64,000 bases of DNA from Nanobdellota archaeon (GTDB taxonomy: Archaea > Nanobdellota > Nanobdellia > Woesearchaeales > WJKV01): positions 10,074-74,073 of the forward strand of contig JAGLWF010000006.1 in the NCBI GenBank assembly GCA_023133595.1, read 5' to 3'. Numbering within the stretch: the stretch's first letter is position 1; the number at the start of each line of letters is the position of its first letter. Below the pieces are notes generated by a model. The model was not told the origin of the DNA. It ran no database searches and saw only the letters and a program-made list of their open reading frames with translations. Below are positions 39,682 to 48,787 of the stretch, piece after piece. Position numbers and translations under genes: made by a program.

Positions 39682-40419
39682 TCATTTTAGATATTTCTTC
39701 TCTAAGTTATCCAAGTGCTTTTCTAGCTTTCTTATGAAAGCTGCCTTCAATTTCTTGTCCTTTGTTGGTTTTTTCTTTCTGTATTTCAAAGCAAGATGTA
39801 TTATATGGTTCTTGTCTTTGATAGATCTTGCTAATTTCTTCCAGGAATGAGGAGGATCATTGCCTTTTGCTCGTTCTTCGTTCTCTGTGAGCCAAAAGGT
39901 TTGTTTGACAATGTCAGAAAAACCGATTATCTTTCTCCTAAAGTCTGGCAGAAACTTAGATCTGAAAATTCCAATCATGCCTTTCAATTCTTTTAGAGGC
40001 TCTGTAATGAAGAATTTTGATTTGGTCAGATCTTTGCCATATATCAATTTGAAATACAGTACATGTCTTGCAAACCTTGATGGAGGAGTCTGGCTTGAAT
40101 ATGCTATTCTCTTTCCTGTTTTCAACTGCCAAAGAGAATATCCCCGGATCTCAAGTTTCATTGGATATTTTTTGTGATATTCTTTTTCAAGATCACGCAA
40201 TTTTTTCAGATATTTCTTGGTTTTCAAGACACAAAGGATATCAACATCACTCGTCTTTTTCAATTCTCGTCTAGGAAGACTTCCTTTGATGTAGATAGAG
40301 ATCAGTTCTTTTTTAGGGATGTTTTTCAGTACGATTCTCTTTCCTGCTTTCAGGGTCTTTATAGCTTGTTCTTCTAGTTTTGTTTTTCTCTTCCAGTCTT
40401 TCCAGAATTCATGTTTCAT
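39682..40419 (-). CDS. Pol-beta-type nucleotidyltransferase domain protein
   Basis: IYIKGSLPRRELKKTSDVDIL (GS...DxD); ATG 40419 overlaps the SET gene stop (ATGA). Confidence 0.75.
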   Translation of the reverse strand: MKHEFWKDWKRKTKLEEQAIKTLKAGKRIVLKNIPKKELISIYIKGSLPRRELKKTSDVDILCVLKTKKYLKKLRDLEKEYHKKYPMKLEIRGYSLWQLKTGKRIAYSSQTPPSRFARHVLYFKLIYGKDLTKSKFFITEPLKELKGMIGIFRSKFLPDFRRKIIGFSDIVKQTFWLTENEERAKGNDPPHSWKKLARSIKDKNHIIHLALKYRKKKPTKDKKLKAAFIRKLEKHLDNLEKKYLK

Positions 40420-40928
40420 TCTATGCGTCCCCGGTATTTTCTTTTTAGTGATTGAGGCAGATATTTGAAATATTTCTTCTGCAATTTTTTTGATAATTTG
40501 AAAAAGTTGGAATAAATGGTTTTTCTGCATTTCTTTGAACCGCAGGTGCATTTGAAGGATTCCCATCCTATCTTGTCAAAACCTTCAAGAGCATTCGCCC
40601 CATAATCATAAGTCAGTTCTTCTCCTTTCTTGATGTTTCTCATTGCATAGAACTCCATTTTCTTCATTGAAGAATGCTTTATGTATACGTTAGGGTTGCA
40701 CGAATGGTTCATGTAGGAATATAGATGATAACTGATGACAAACCTTCTATTTCCAATATAATCGCAATGATCTGATTGTAATTTCGGATCCTTCTGCATC
40801 TGTTTTAATGTGAAGCTTTTTAATCTGGATAAATCAACCTTCAGAACAAGTTCATCCTTCTTGAAGTTCTTGTTGGCATAAAGACCTTTTCCCTTTGTTT
40901 TTGTCTTCTTGATGATGTACTTTTTCAT
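40416..40928 (-). CDS. SET-domain protein-lysine methyltransferase with post-SET cysteines
   Basis: KGKGLYA, YMNHSCNPN, IKKGEELTYDYG, CTCGSKKCR. Confidence 0.92.
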   Translation of the reverse strand: MKKYIIKKTKTKGKGLYANKNFKKDELVLKVDLSRLKSFTLKQMQKDPKLQSDHCDYIGNRRFVISYHLYSYMNHSCNPNVYIKHSSMKKMEFYAMRNIKKGEELTYDYGANALEGFDKIGWESFKCTCGSKKCRKTIYSNFFKLSKKLQKKYFKYLPQSLKRKYRGRIE

Positions 40929-41017
40929 GCAATAGAATCAGCGCTTAATTGTATTTAAGTGTTATGGTGAATAGATTTAAATAATCCTGATTTCTGGATA
41001 TCATTAGAGGTATCAAA

Positions 41018-41407
41018 ATGAAGGAGAAAAACGTAATTTTCGTGATGGCTATTCTCATTATTGCAGTCATTCTAATTGCAATGTTCGGACTGCCTGTGTA
41101 TCGTGTATGGCAGAAAGAGAAACGAGGAGAAGCAAACCTGCGTGAAGCTGAGTGGAGCAAGAAGATTGCTATCGAAGAAGCTAAAGCTATCAAAGAGAGT
41201 GCAAAGTACAGGGCAGAAGCAGAAGTCGAGAGAGCTAAGGGAGTTGCAGAAGCCAATAAGATCATTGGTGCAAGCCTGCGGGAGAATGAACAGTATCTTC
41301 GATACTTATGGATACTAGGATTACAGGACGGAAACTCTGAAGTGATCTATGTTCCAACAGAAGCAAATCTTCCTCTCTTAGAAGCGACACGCGGATTGCA
41401 GAAATAG
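41018..41407 (+). CDS. Small membrane-anchored SPFH/prohibitin C-terminal-like protein
   Basis: N-terminal TM then EAKA...AEAEVERAKGVAEANKII...YLRYLWI...IYVPTEANLP. Confidence 0.7.
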   Translation: MKEKNVIFVMAILIIAVILIAMFGLPVYRVWQKEKRGEANLREAEWSKKIAIEEAKAIKESAKYRAEAEVERAKGVAEANKIIGASLRENEQYLRYLWILGLQDGNSEVIYVPTEANLPLLEATRGLQK

Positions 41408-41433
41408 ATTTCTTTTTTTTATTTTTTCTTATT

Positions 41434-41748
41434 TTAGATCTGAAAAACTTCTCCAGTCTCAGGATCTATAGCGTGAGTACTGGAAAAATCATCCCAGAAT
41501 CTTTCTAGGGAATAGAATTCATAGCACTTGCCGCCATTAATTTCTCCTCCATCAACCATGCGGATACTATCATCTGTTCCATTATTAGCGCAGAACGAGG
41601 GGCCCTCTTCTCCATAAACTTTGTATGGACACCAAAAGCAATCTGTCCTATATTCAAAACCATCATCTCCGTGCTCTCTTGTGATTCTTCTTGCGCCTGG
41701 AAATGCTTCTCTGAGAACAGCTGCCATTGCCTCTTCATATTTTCCCAT
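41434..41748 (-). CDS. Hypothetical protein, Cys-containing
   Basis: 104-aa ORF with CFWC and two further Cys. Confidence 0.55.
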   Translation of the reverse strand: MGKYEEAMAAVLREAFPGARRITREHGDDGFEYRTDCFWCPYKVYGEEGPSFCANNGTDDSIRMVDGGEINGGKCYEFYSLERFWDDFSSTHAIDPETGEVFQI

Positions 41749-41775
41749 TTTAATATCTTAAATAGAAGGAATATA

Positions 41776-42093
41776 TTAAATTTGTTCTTGTAGCTGGTCG
41801 TTTGTTTCATTCCCATTTCTGTTTGGAAAACCTCTAACAGCTGCAACAGCTGAGAGGATAGCAGCTAATCCAGTTACACCGACAAGTGCTCCACCTGCCA
41901 ATACTTCTGAACCTGCTTGCACAGCTTCCTGAACATTCTGTGAATAAAGAAGATCACTGCCTGCCCGAAATGTTTCTTGAACAAAATAAGCCTCCCAAGG
42001 TATAGACACAGCAGTTACAATACCCAGGTAAAGTCTTGTAATGGTTTCTCTTTTTTCGAATGCAAAATCCCAGGTACGTCTCATATAATCCAT
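41776..42093 (-). CDS. Small two-TM membrane protein
   Basis: ATG 42093 avoids overlap with the upstream gene; two hydrophobic segments. Confidence 0.5.
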   Translation of the reverse strand: MDYMRRTWDFAFEKRETITRLYLGIVTAVSIPWEAYFVQETFRAGSDLLYSQNVQEAVQAGSEVLAGGALVGVTGLAAILSAVAAVRGFPNRNGNETNDQLQEQI

Positions 42094-42119
42094 GATAAAA
42101 GAGAAGTAAATAGTATATA

Positions 42120-42572
42120 TTAACCTTGTGCTTCTCTCAAAGCTTTCATAAACGGAACACACCTGCTGTCTAAGTTAAAGTAGAATATTGTATGTGCTAC
42201 ATATGCACTAATGACCTTTGGATCTTGTGGATGCGGATGAACAGTATGGACTTTTGTTCCAAGCCTATTTTCTGTCTTAACTATTCCAATTATCCTGCAA
42301 CGAGCAGCAATACCTTTTGCATCAGCTGGCAATCCTTCCAGAGATTTTTTTCCTTCAAAGACTTCTTTGAACTTTGGAACTGGATTATATATCAAGAATA
42401 CTCTGTTTTCATAATCTCTCCAAATTTTGACATCTTCTGTTGGAAAGATCACACCTGGAGCAACTTGCGCAGTATAACGGCCGCGATCAGCTCGCCAGTA
42501 TTGCATATTCTCTCCAGTATCATCCTCAATCTCAGCCAGCTGTGTGCCGTGGTCAAATATAGCCTCTGCCAT
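42120..42572 (-). CDS. Hypothetical protein
   Basis: 150-aa ORF with a TATA/BRE-like sequence upstream. Confidence 0.65.
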   Translation of the reverse strand: MAEAIFDHGTQLAEIEDDTGENMQYWRADRGRYTAQVAPGVIFPTEDVKIWRDYENRVFLIYNPVPKFKEVFEGKKSLEGLPADAKGIAARCRIIGIVKTENRLGTKVHTVHPHPQDPKVISAYVAHTIFYFNLDSRCVPFMKALREAQG

Positions 42573-42631
42573 TATAGAGAGAATGCATTAGAAGGATATA
42601 AGTGTTTTGGTGCTGTGTTGAGAGATTATTT

Positions 42632-43060
42632 TTAGTGTCTTATACCTCTAAACCTGCTTACATAATGTTTAAAGAAATCACCAAGGACATTACATCCTAC
42701 AAGGCTGAAAAATCGCGAAATTTCTTCAGGGCCTATACTTACGCGTCCTTTTTCTCTTAAAGTCATATAATTCTCAACTAGAGATGGACGTACTGTTGGA
42801 CAATACAAACCATCATCAGCTTCTATGACAGCTATTTCAAAAGTATGATTATTATCTAAGGTTGTAAATACTTGTTCACCATCTACAGTAATACTTGCTT
42901 TCTCAGAAATACCTGAATAAATACATAATCCTCCAGACAGGATCGTTCTACAGTCAACAGGTAGATGCATAGGATGTATACCACTAAACATAATAACTTC
43001 TCCTAGAGTAGCAGCTCTTACTTTACTCATTTGAGCTTGAATACTCTCTAGATCTCCCAT
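42632..43060 (-). CDS. Hypothetical protein
   Basis: ATG 43060 downstream of a TATA-like TTTATAAA. Confidence 0.6.
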   Translation of the reverse strand: MGDLESIQAQMSKVRAATLGEVIMFSGIHPMHLPVDCRTILSGGLCIYSGISEKASITVDGEQVFTTLDNNHTFEIAVIEADDGLYCPTVRPSLVENYMTLREKGRVSIGPEEISRFFSLVGCNVLGDFFKHYVSRFRGIRH

Positions 43061-43126
43061 GGATATAGATTTTTGTTTTGAATTTATAAAGCTTATGCGA
43101 GAATACATTTATCATATTGGGATGAT

Positions 43127-43376
43127 TCAGAGTTTTCGATATCCGTGCTTTCGCATAAATATGTCTGCTATGACTATCTCAACACCTTCTATCTTGTAAA
43201 TCACACGATACTTGCTGACATGAATCGACCAGAACGGATTTCCTTTAAGCTTCTTGCCAATCGGAGCTCTTTTTTTCTAATTCCAAGACCTTATTCCAGA
43301 TCTGCTTCTGCACTGTACTATCCTTGATCTTTGAAAAAGAATTCTCAAAATTTTCAGAAAAAATAAGAGAATACAT
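43127..43376 (-). pseudogene. relE: RelE/ParE-family toxin with a one-base frameshift in an A7 run
   Basis: Not in the ORF track. ATG 43376 reads MYSLIFSENFENSFSKIKDSTVQKQIWNKVLELEK then stops early; deleting one T of the T7 run at 43270-43276 restores RAPIGKKLKGNPFWSIHVSKYRVIYKIEGVEIVIADIFMRKHGYRKL* (82 aa). Confidence 0.8.
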
Positions 43377-43377
43377 T

Positions 43378-43563
43378 CTAGCGTAACTCAGGATGTCTTT
43401 TAAGGAATTCTGATTTTGTCAGGAATGGGCCTTTCATAGCCTCTGTTACTTTCTTCAATTCCTCATTAGTCAATTCTTCTGTCTCAACATAATGGTCGAA
43501 TAGAGCTGCTTTTTTGACCAGCTCGTCATATTCGTCTTTTGGTATGCTTACACTCATATTCAT
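43378..43563 (-). CDS. Small acidic protein, probable antitoxin of the frameshifted RelE
   Basis: GGTGA RBS before ATG 43563; stop 1 nt before the RelE start. Confidence 0.7.
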   Translation of the reverse strand: MNMSVSIPKDEYDELVKKAALFDHYVETEELTNEELKKVTEAMKGPFLTKSEFLKRHPELR

Positions 43564-43730
43564 GTCTTTCACCTATAATTATAATGGTTTATTGGATATA
43601 TAAAGTTTTCTGTTGAAAATTTGGAATATTTATCATCCGGGAGTCTACAAGATATGATTGTAGACACCTATTTCTTGTATATCTGGTTATTGTGAATACA
43701 TTTAAATATGATTTCTTGTTGATTGGTTTT

Positions 43731-44264
43731 ATGAAACTAAAACTGCTTCGTCCAGATCAGATAATCACAACAAGAGATTATCCTGTTTTTAATCTGCACA
43801 TACTTGTGATATTCTTCAGGATTTTTAATAAAGGGCAGGGCAAGATACTGCCTCCGTGTCCAGTACTGCATATCTCTTCAGGCATTCCATATGTTCGGGG
43901 AAAAGATCCCAGATCAAGAAGATACAATAATCTATTATCAAAATACCTTGAAAAAAATCCAAAAGTAAAATATTTCCTGATTGACGGAGGGCATAAGACA
44001 TCTGCTGCTGCATTTGCCCGTAAACTGATTCCTGCAATGGTCATGGAGAATGACAAGGATTTTGCAAAAGTGCGTAAACTCAAAGCTAAAGGCGAATTCT
44101 TCGGATACCACAGCCCTTCAAAAACAATCAAAGAGTCTATAAGGCAATGTGCCAGGCATCATCTTGGCACAACTAAATTCCTTACTGTTGAAGATAAGGT
44201 CAAGAAGATGATTCAGCAGAAGGATGTTCCTGAATATATGATTAAGTGTTATAGGAAGAAGTGA
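43731..44264 (+). CDS. ParB/sulfiredoxin-like domain protein
   Basis: YFLIDGGHKTSAA resembles the ParB-N DGHHR motif (inference). Confidence 0.5.
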   Translation: MKLKLLRPDQIITTRDYPVFNLHILVIFFRIFNKGQGKILPPCPVLHISSGIPYVRGKDPRSRRYNNLLSKYLEKNPKVKYFLIDGGHKTSAAAFARKLIPAMVMENDKDFAKVRKLKAKGEFFGYHSPSKTIKESIRQCARHHLGTTKFLTVEDKVKKMIQQKDVPEYMIKCYRKK

Positions 44265-44290
44265 TTATTCTTTCAGAACCACTCAATCAA

Positions 44291-44356
44291 TAGGTGACTA
44301 CAAAATGGAGATATGTAGACACCTAGAAACAAAAGATTTATATATGTAGTCACCTA
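44291..44356. promoter_or_regulatory. TGTAG(A/T)CACCTA motif cluster upstream of the first Fic gene
   Basis: TAGGTGACTACA 44291-44302, TGTAGACACCTA 44314-44325, TGTAGTCACCTA 44345-44356; further copies at 43659 and 45313. Confidence 0.55.
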
Positions 44357-44366
44357 TAATTATAGT

Positions 44367-45311
44367 ATGCACATAGAGAAAAGAGATATAAATGGGAAAA
44401 TCAAGTATTTTTTAGCGCATTCATATAGAGAAGGAAAGAAAGTCCATAAATTTAGAAAATATCTTGGATTGGATTTGAAGCCTGGAAAACTTAAAGAAAG
44501 GAAAGAGATTGCTGAAAAACTGATTCTCGAAGAGATTCATAAGTATAACATTATCAAAAACCCACTTGATGTGGAATTGACAGAGAAAGAAATTAGATAT
44601 ATTGAGAAAATAGAGAAGAATTTGCCACTAAAAATTAAACATCTTTCAGAGAAAGACTGGACGAAATTTTCAGAATTATTCACATATAACACAAATGCAA
44701 TAGAAGGAAGCAGATTAGACAAAAAGGAGGTTAAAGATCTTCTTGAAAAAGATAAATGGCCGGATAAATCTAAAGAAGATATTGCTGAAGCGTTTGGAGT
44801 TGATGAAGCAATACGTTTCATTAGAACTACAAAAGAGCATGTTTCGATTGGCTTGATCAAGGAAATCCACAAAATTGTGTTCAAGAATTCAAAACTATTT
44901 GCAGGAAAATTGAGAAAAAAGGGAGAAGAAGTGGTTGTGATGGGGAGTGGAGGGGATATAGTTCATGAAGGTGCGCCACAATCCAGAATAAACCACCTTC
45001 TAAAAGAACTTATTAAATGGTATGGCAAACACAAGAATAAATATCCTGGATTGATTCTGGCTGCTGTGGTGCATAATCAATTTGAAAACATACATCCTTT
45101 TGCAGATGGAAATGGAAGGGTTGGTAGAATATTACTTAATAATATCTTGATAAAGCATAACCTGCCTCCAATGAACATTAATTTTAAGAATAGAATTGAA
45201 TATTATCAAACCTTACAAGAATATGAGAAAAATCAGAATCTTAAACCAACAATAGACTTATTCTTGAAAGAATATAGGACACTTAAGAAGATTCTGAGCA
45301 AAAAGAAGTAA
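44367..45311 (+). CDS. Fic-domain protein
   Basis: HPFADGNGRVGR catalytic motif; TNAIEG inhibitory-helix motif N-terminal to it. Confidence 0.92.
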   Translation: MHIEKRDINGKIKYFLAHSYREGKKVHKFRKYLGLDLKPGKLKERKEIAEKLILEEIHKYNIIKNPLDVELTEKEIRYIEKIEKNLPLKIKHLSEKDWTKFSELFTYNTNAIEGSRLDKKEVKDLLEKDKWPDKSKEDIAEAFGVDEAIRFIRTTKEHVSIGLIKEIHKIVFKNSKLFAGKLRKKGEEVVVMGSGGDIVHEGAPQSRINHLLKELIKWYGKHKNKYPGLILAAVVHNQFENIHPFADGNGRVGRILLNNILIKHNLPPMNINFKNRIEYYQTLQEYEKNQNLKPTIDLFLKEYRTLKKILSKKK

Positions 45312-45344
45312 TTGTAGACACTTAACTGGCCAACGCTTCTTTGG

Positions 45345-45809
45345 CTAGAAAACCACCAAGAATTTATGTTTGGTGCTAGAGGTCATAGGAATTCCTGCTT
45401 GCTCCCCTAATTCCTGTATTTTAGGATCATTCATATTTGATTTTCTAATGAAAAAGACCTCAACATCATATTTGTTTCCAACAAAGTTCTTTTGCCTGTA
45501 TGCAAGGTTCAATTCATCATCTGGAAAGGGTTTTCCTGTAGGTTCTCTATCAAGCCATTCAGGGATCTCATAATCATCCTCTACAAATACTATAAAATCA
45601 AAATCAGAAAATAAACTGCCCCTAAATCCAGGAGATTCATACTCCCCGAATATATCTTTAACAGCAGAACCTATTAGAAGGATTTTTATGATCTTATCAT
45701 CAGGCAATAATTTTGATCTAATCTTTTCAATAGCCTTAGTTCTAAGTTGTTCAATTTCTTCTATTTTGAAAACTGTTTTTTTAGGTCTATTGTTGGTATG
45801 TTCTTCCAT
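45345..45809 (-). CDS. Minimal nucleotidyltransferase-like protein
   Basis: LLIGSAVK...SDFDFIVFV and a third acidic YDVEVF. Confidence 0.75.
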   Translation of the reverse strand: MEEHTNNRPKKTVFKIEEIEQLRTKAIEKIRSKLLPDDKIIKILLIGSAVKDIFGEYESPGFRGSLFSDFDFIVFVEDDYEIPEWLDREPTGKPFPDDELNLAYRQKNFVGNKYDVEVFFIRKSNMNDPKIQELGEQAGIPMTSSTKHKFLVVF

Positions 45810-45874
45810 AAATAGATACGAGTATAGAAGGGATATAAAGGTTTTGGTTGGAAAGATTTTATATATTCCTATTT

Positions 45875-46211
45875 ATTTAATACAATAATGGATATCAGAA
45901 GGATCGCACTGCAATATTATACACCCGGAGTTGAAGCAGAGGGTTTAGAGCGAGTGAGTGATCCTGGGAGTCTTAATAAAGAAACAGTGCTGTTCGTGCC
46001 AAACGGAAATGATTTTCAAATACTTGAAGATATTGCAGTCAAAGGTCCAAGAATAACAGGTCTGAGAACACATGAGGGGGATTATAATCCTAACAGAAGA
46101 GGATACCCAGTGCCAATGGTTTCTCTGACAAGATTTGAGAATGCAGAACTTGTTGAAGTGAGTCTTACTGATGAAGTGTTCTTGATCATCTAGCATAGTG
46201 TATTGGTGCCT
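45875..46211 (+). repeat. 337-bp direct repeat, copy 1
   Basis: Matches 47392-47728 with about 18 substitutions by hand count. Confidence 0.95.
45888..46193 (+). CDS. Hypothetical protein, duplicated copy 1
   Basis: 101 aa, 96 identical to 47405-47710. Confidence 0.75.
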   Translation: MDIRRIALQYYTPGVEAEGLERVSDPGSLNKETVLFVPNGNDFQILEDIAVKGPRITGLRTHEGDYNPNRRGYPVPMVSLTRFENAELVEVSLTDEVFLII

Positions 46212-46226
46212 GCGAACGAAGTGAGC
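46209..46226. repeat. CCTGCGAACGAAGTGAGC dispersed repeat, short copy
   Basis: Identical 18-mer at 48290 and 53141. Confidence 0.85.
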
Positions 46227-46243
46227 TGTTGAGATAGGGGGAA

Positions 46244-46702
46244 TTATTTTATTTTGTTTCTTATGTCCTGTGTTTTGTCCAAAGTTAATGAATTTATGCT
46301 TTTTTTGACTTGCAGTACGAATTCTGTCAGTTCTGAAAAGTTTAGTTTCACTTCAATATTTTTAAGGTAATACTGATTATCTATTCTTAATTGTTTGTCT
46401 TTTTCAAGTTTTATGTGCGTATTCTTTGGAAGAAGATCCTCTTTTTCCAGTAATTTACATAGTTCTATTGTACAATCATGAATTTCTGATTTTATTCCTA
46501 ATCTCATCAGTAATGCATAGACTGTGAAGTATTCGCAGTAGTATTTTGTTGTTGCAAGCCACATGTTTGATTTTCCTTTTAGATCTTGCAGTATGCTCAA
46601 GGTCTCTTCTGCATTGATGATGTACTCTTTGCATAGGTTTTCATTTGGTTCTGTCAGTTTTATGCCTTTCTTTTGTTTTTTGCACCAGTTCAGAGCAACC
46701 AT
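46244..46702 (-). CDS. HEPN-domain protein
   Basis: WLATTKYYCEYFTVYALL, GIKSEIHDC and RIDNQYY (Rx4Y variant); overlaps the stop of the upstream MNT gene. Confidence 0.75.
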   Translation of the reverse strand: MVALNWCKKQKKGIKLTEPNENLCKEYIINAEETLSILQDLKGKSNMWLATTKYYCEYFTVYALLMRLGIKSEIHDCTIELCKLLEKEDLLPKNTHIKLEKDKQLRIDNQYYLKNIEVKLNFSELTEFVLQVKKSINSLTLDKTQDIRNKIK

Positions 46703-47253
46703 GCTGCTATCTCCTCGCTTCCTTGTATTATCAGGTGTTTTTTGGATATTTCCATCCTAAGGCTTTGGGTTATTGTTTTCAGGTTTTTCGTGTTAATCAA
46801 GTGTATTTTTTTATTGAATTTTTTTTCAAATTGCTTTATCCTGTCTTTAAAATTGATTTTTCCAGTGATTAACAAATCAACATCATTCGCCTTCTTCGAG
46901 TCTGTTGCTGCCGAGCCAAAAATTAAGGCTTTGTTGTCCTCTTGCAGATGTTGATGTAGGAAAGAAATTAATTCATTGAGAAGCAAATCCTTTCTGCAGG
47001 CGTTTAACAGTTTCTCTTTCTCTGCCAAGACAAGATATTCCACTAGAAGAGGCGCAGAAAGATTTATCCTGTAAAGTGTCAGCCTTCCTTTTATGCTTTT
47101 TATCAGTATCCCTTGTTTTTCAAAATTGTTCAGGTGCTTTCTTGCTGTTGTATGCTGTTTTTTTAGTTTTTTGGATATATCTGCAAGATGCAAGGATTCC
47201 TGGGAATATAAGAATGGTTCTAAATATGACCATATTGTTAGCTTTTTAACCAT
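46690..47253 (-). CDS. wHTH-nucleotidyltransferase (MNT) protein, HEPN/MNT antitoxin-like
   Basis: N-terminal HTH (LHLADISKKLKKQHTTARKHLNNFEKQG), then LIFGSAA...DVDLLI. Confidence 0.8.
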   Translation of the reverse strand: MVKKLTIWSYLEPFLYSQESLHLADISKKLKKQHTTARKHLNNFEKQGILIKSIKGRLTLYRINLSAPLLVEYLVLAEKEKLLNACRKDLLLNELISFLHQHLQEDNKALIFGSAATDSKKANDVDLLITGKINFKDRIKQFEKKFNKKIHLINTKNLKTITQSLRMEISKKHLIIQGSEEIAAWLL

Positions 47254-47391
47254 ATTGTCATAAAAAGAACAGTTACTATATAAAACTTTCGGTGCTGGCA
47301 GATACAAGTATGCTCTAAGGGGTCTACAGGACATGGATGTAAACATCTATACCAGGGATATTGGTGAAAAAAATTTTATATATTCATACTG

Positions 47392-47728
47392 ATTTAATAC
47401 AATAATGGATATCAGAAGGATCGCACTGCAATATTATACACCCGGAGTTGAAGCAGAGGGTTTGGAACGAGTGAGTGATCCTGAGATTCTTAATAAAGAA
47501 ACAGTGCTGTTCGTGCCAAACGGAAATGATTTTCAAATACTTGAAGATATTGCAGTCAAAGGTCCAAGAATAACAGGTCTGAGAACACATGAAGGGGATT
47601 ATAATCCGCGGAGAAAAGGATATCCAGTGCCAATGGTTTCATTAACTAAATTTGAGAATGCAGAACTTGTTGAAGTGAGTCTTACTGATGAAGTATTCTT
47701 GATCATCTAGCATAGTGTTTTGGTGCCT
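47392..47728 (+). repeat. 337-bp direct repeat, copy 2
   Basis: Offset 1517 bp from copy 1. Confidence 0.95.
47405..47710 (+). CDS. Hypothetical protein, duplicated copy 2
   Basis: Near-identical to 45888-46193. Confidence 0.75.
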   Translation: MDIRRIALQYYTPGVEAEGLERVSDPEILNKETVLFVPNGNDFQILEDIAVKGPRITGLRTHEGDYNPRRKGYPVPMVSLTKFENAELVEVSLTDEVFLII

Positions 47729-47818
47729 TTTCTACTGGTAGAGTGAGCCTTAGAAGAGAGAGAGGGGGTTGGTTTTGGCCGCGTAAGATTTAAATACTAC
47801 CAAGACATAATATCTATT

Positions 47819-48031
47819 ATGGTAACACTTACAGCAGTTATACTAAAAGAAGAAAATATGTATGTTGCGACTTGTTCTGAAGTCGGTACGGTTAGCCAAG
47901 GCACCACTATTGAAGAAGCTCTTGCAAACTTAAAAGAAGCCACTGAATTATACCTCGAAGAATTTCCATTGGAAAATAAAAAGCATCCAATTTTAGCAAC
48001 ATTTGAGGTGGCTAAAACTGTCCCAGCTTAA
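47819..48031 (+). CDS. hicB: HicB-family antitoxin (short form)
   Basis: YVATCSEVGTVSQGTTIEEALANLKEATELYLE. Confidence 0.9.
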   Translation: MVTLTAVILKEENMYVATCSEVGTVSQGTTIEEALANLKEATELYLEEFPLENKKHPILATFEVAKTVPA

Positions 48032-48248
48032 AAAAATATCAGGACAAGATTGTGTTAAAATTCTTTGTAATAAATTTGGATTTAAAGCAAAACGACAAAA
48101 AGGAAGTCATATTATCTTGATTAAAGAGATTTCTAAAGGAAAAGTTGGCACAGTGGTCCCTTTACATAAAGAACTTAAAATGCCAACACTCAAAAATGTG
48201 CTCAAACTTGCTAAAATAGATGAAGGAGAATTCTCAAAATACCAATAG
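48003..48248 (+). CDS. hicA: HicA-family toxin; start codon uncertain (no in-frame ATG near the start)
   Basis: ISGQDCVKIL...GF...RQKGSHIIL...VVPLHKELKMPTLKNVLK. Confidence 0.85.
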   Translation: MRWLKLSQLKKISGQDCVKILCNKFGFKAKRQKGSHIILIKEISKGKVGTVVPLHKELKMPTLKNVLKLAKIDEGEFSKYQ

Positions 48249-48265
48249 CAGCCAAACCCAATTTT

Positions 48266-48339
48266 GTCTAACCACTTTAAACGAACATTCCTGCGAACGA
48301 AGTGAGCCTTCCAGACAGGATGTTATGGGTGAGTTGGTG
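48266..48339. repeat. Full-length copy of the GCGAACGAAGTGAGC element, imperfect hairpin
   Basis: AACATTCCTG/CAGGATGTT stem with one bulged base around CGAACGAAGTGAGCCTTCCAGA; outer CTAACCAC/GTGAGTTGG pairing. Confidence 0.75.
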
Positions 48340-48457
48340 AAATGAGGCGTGAACTGCATAATTCCTATTAGACCCCCGATCCACAGGTGTGTGGGGAGGG
48401 AAGTTAAGGCCCTGGCAAGGCAAATTATTTAAATAAAAGCATAATATTTATATATAT

Positions 48458-48787
48458 ATGAATTATAAGGATATACTAAAGGAGAAACTTCCCAAATATA
48501 AAAAAAAGGATATAATCATTACTTATCACGCAGAGAAACAAGCAAAATTCAGATGTGTTGATTTAGATGAAGTTAAGGAAAATATTATAAATCCGAAAAG
48601 ATTAGCCTTTGCTGAGAAGCAAAAAGCAGAAAGGGAGAGAGAAGAAAAATACAATTGCTATTTTGGCTATAGCAAAACTCAATGTCATAGATATATTTTA
48701 GTGATTAATGCTAAATGTATTGTGTGTACAATTATAAAAATAAACAGAAGATGGCAACATACAGCTGAAAAAAATGCAAAAATTTAA
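48458..48787 (+). CDS. DUF4258-like putative toxin
   Basis: IIITYHAEKQAKFRCVDLDEVKENIINP pattern; overlaps the downstream DUF2283-like gene. Confidence 0.6.
   Translation: MNYKDILKEKLPKYKKKDIIITYHAEKQAKFRCVDLDEVKENIINPKRLAFAEKQKAEREREEKYNCYFGYSKTQCHRYILVINAKCIVCTIIKINRRWQHTAEKNAKI

Noticed and set aside
44305-44349. 14-codon upstream ORF (MEICRHLETKDLYM) with GGTGA before it
   Set aside because: The apparent RBS is part of the palindromic motif; too short to support.
48003-48030. HicA lacking an ATG as a pseudogene
   Set aside because: An in-frame TTG overlaps hicB and the domain is intact, so an alternative start suffices.
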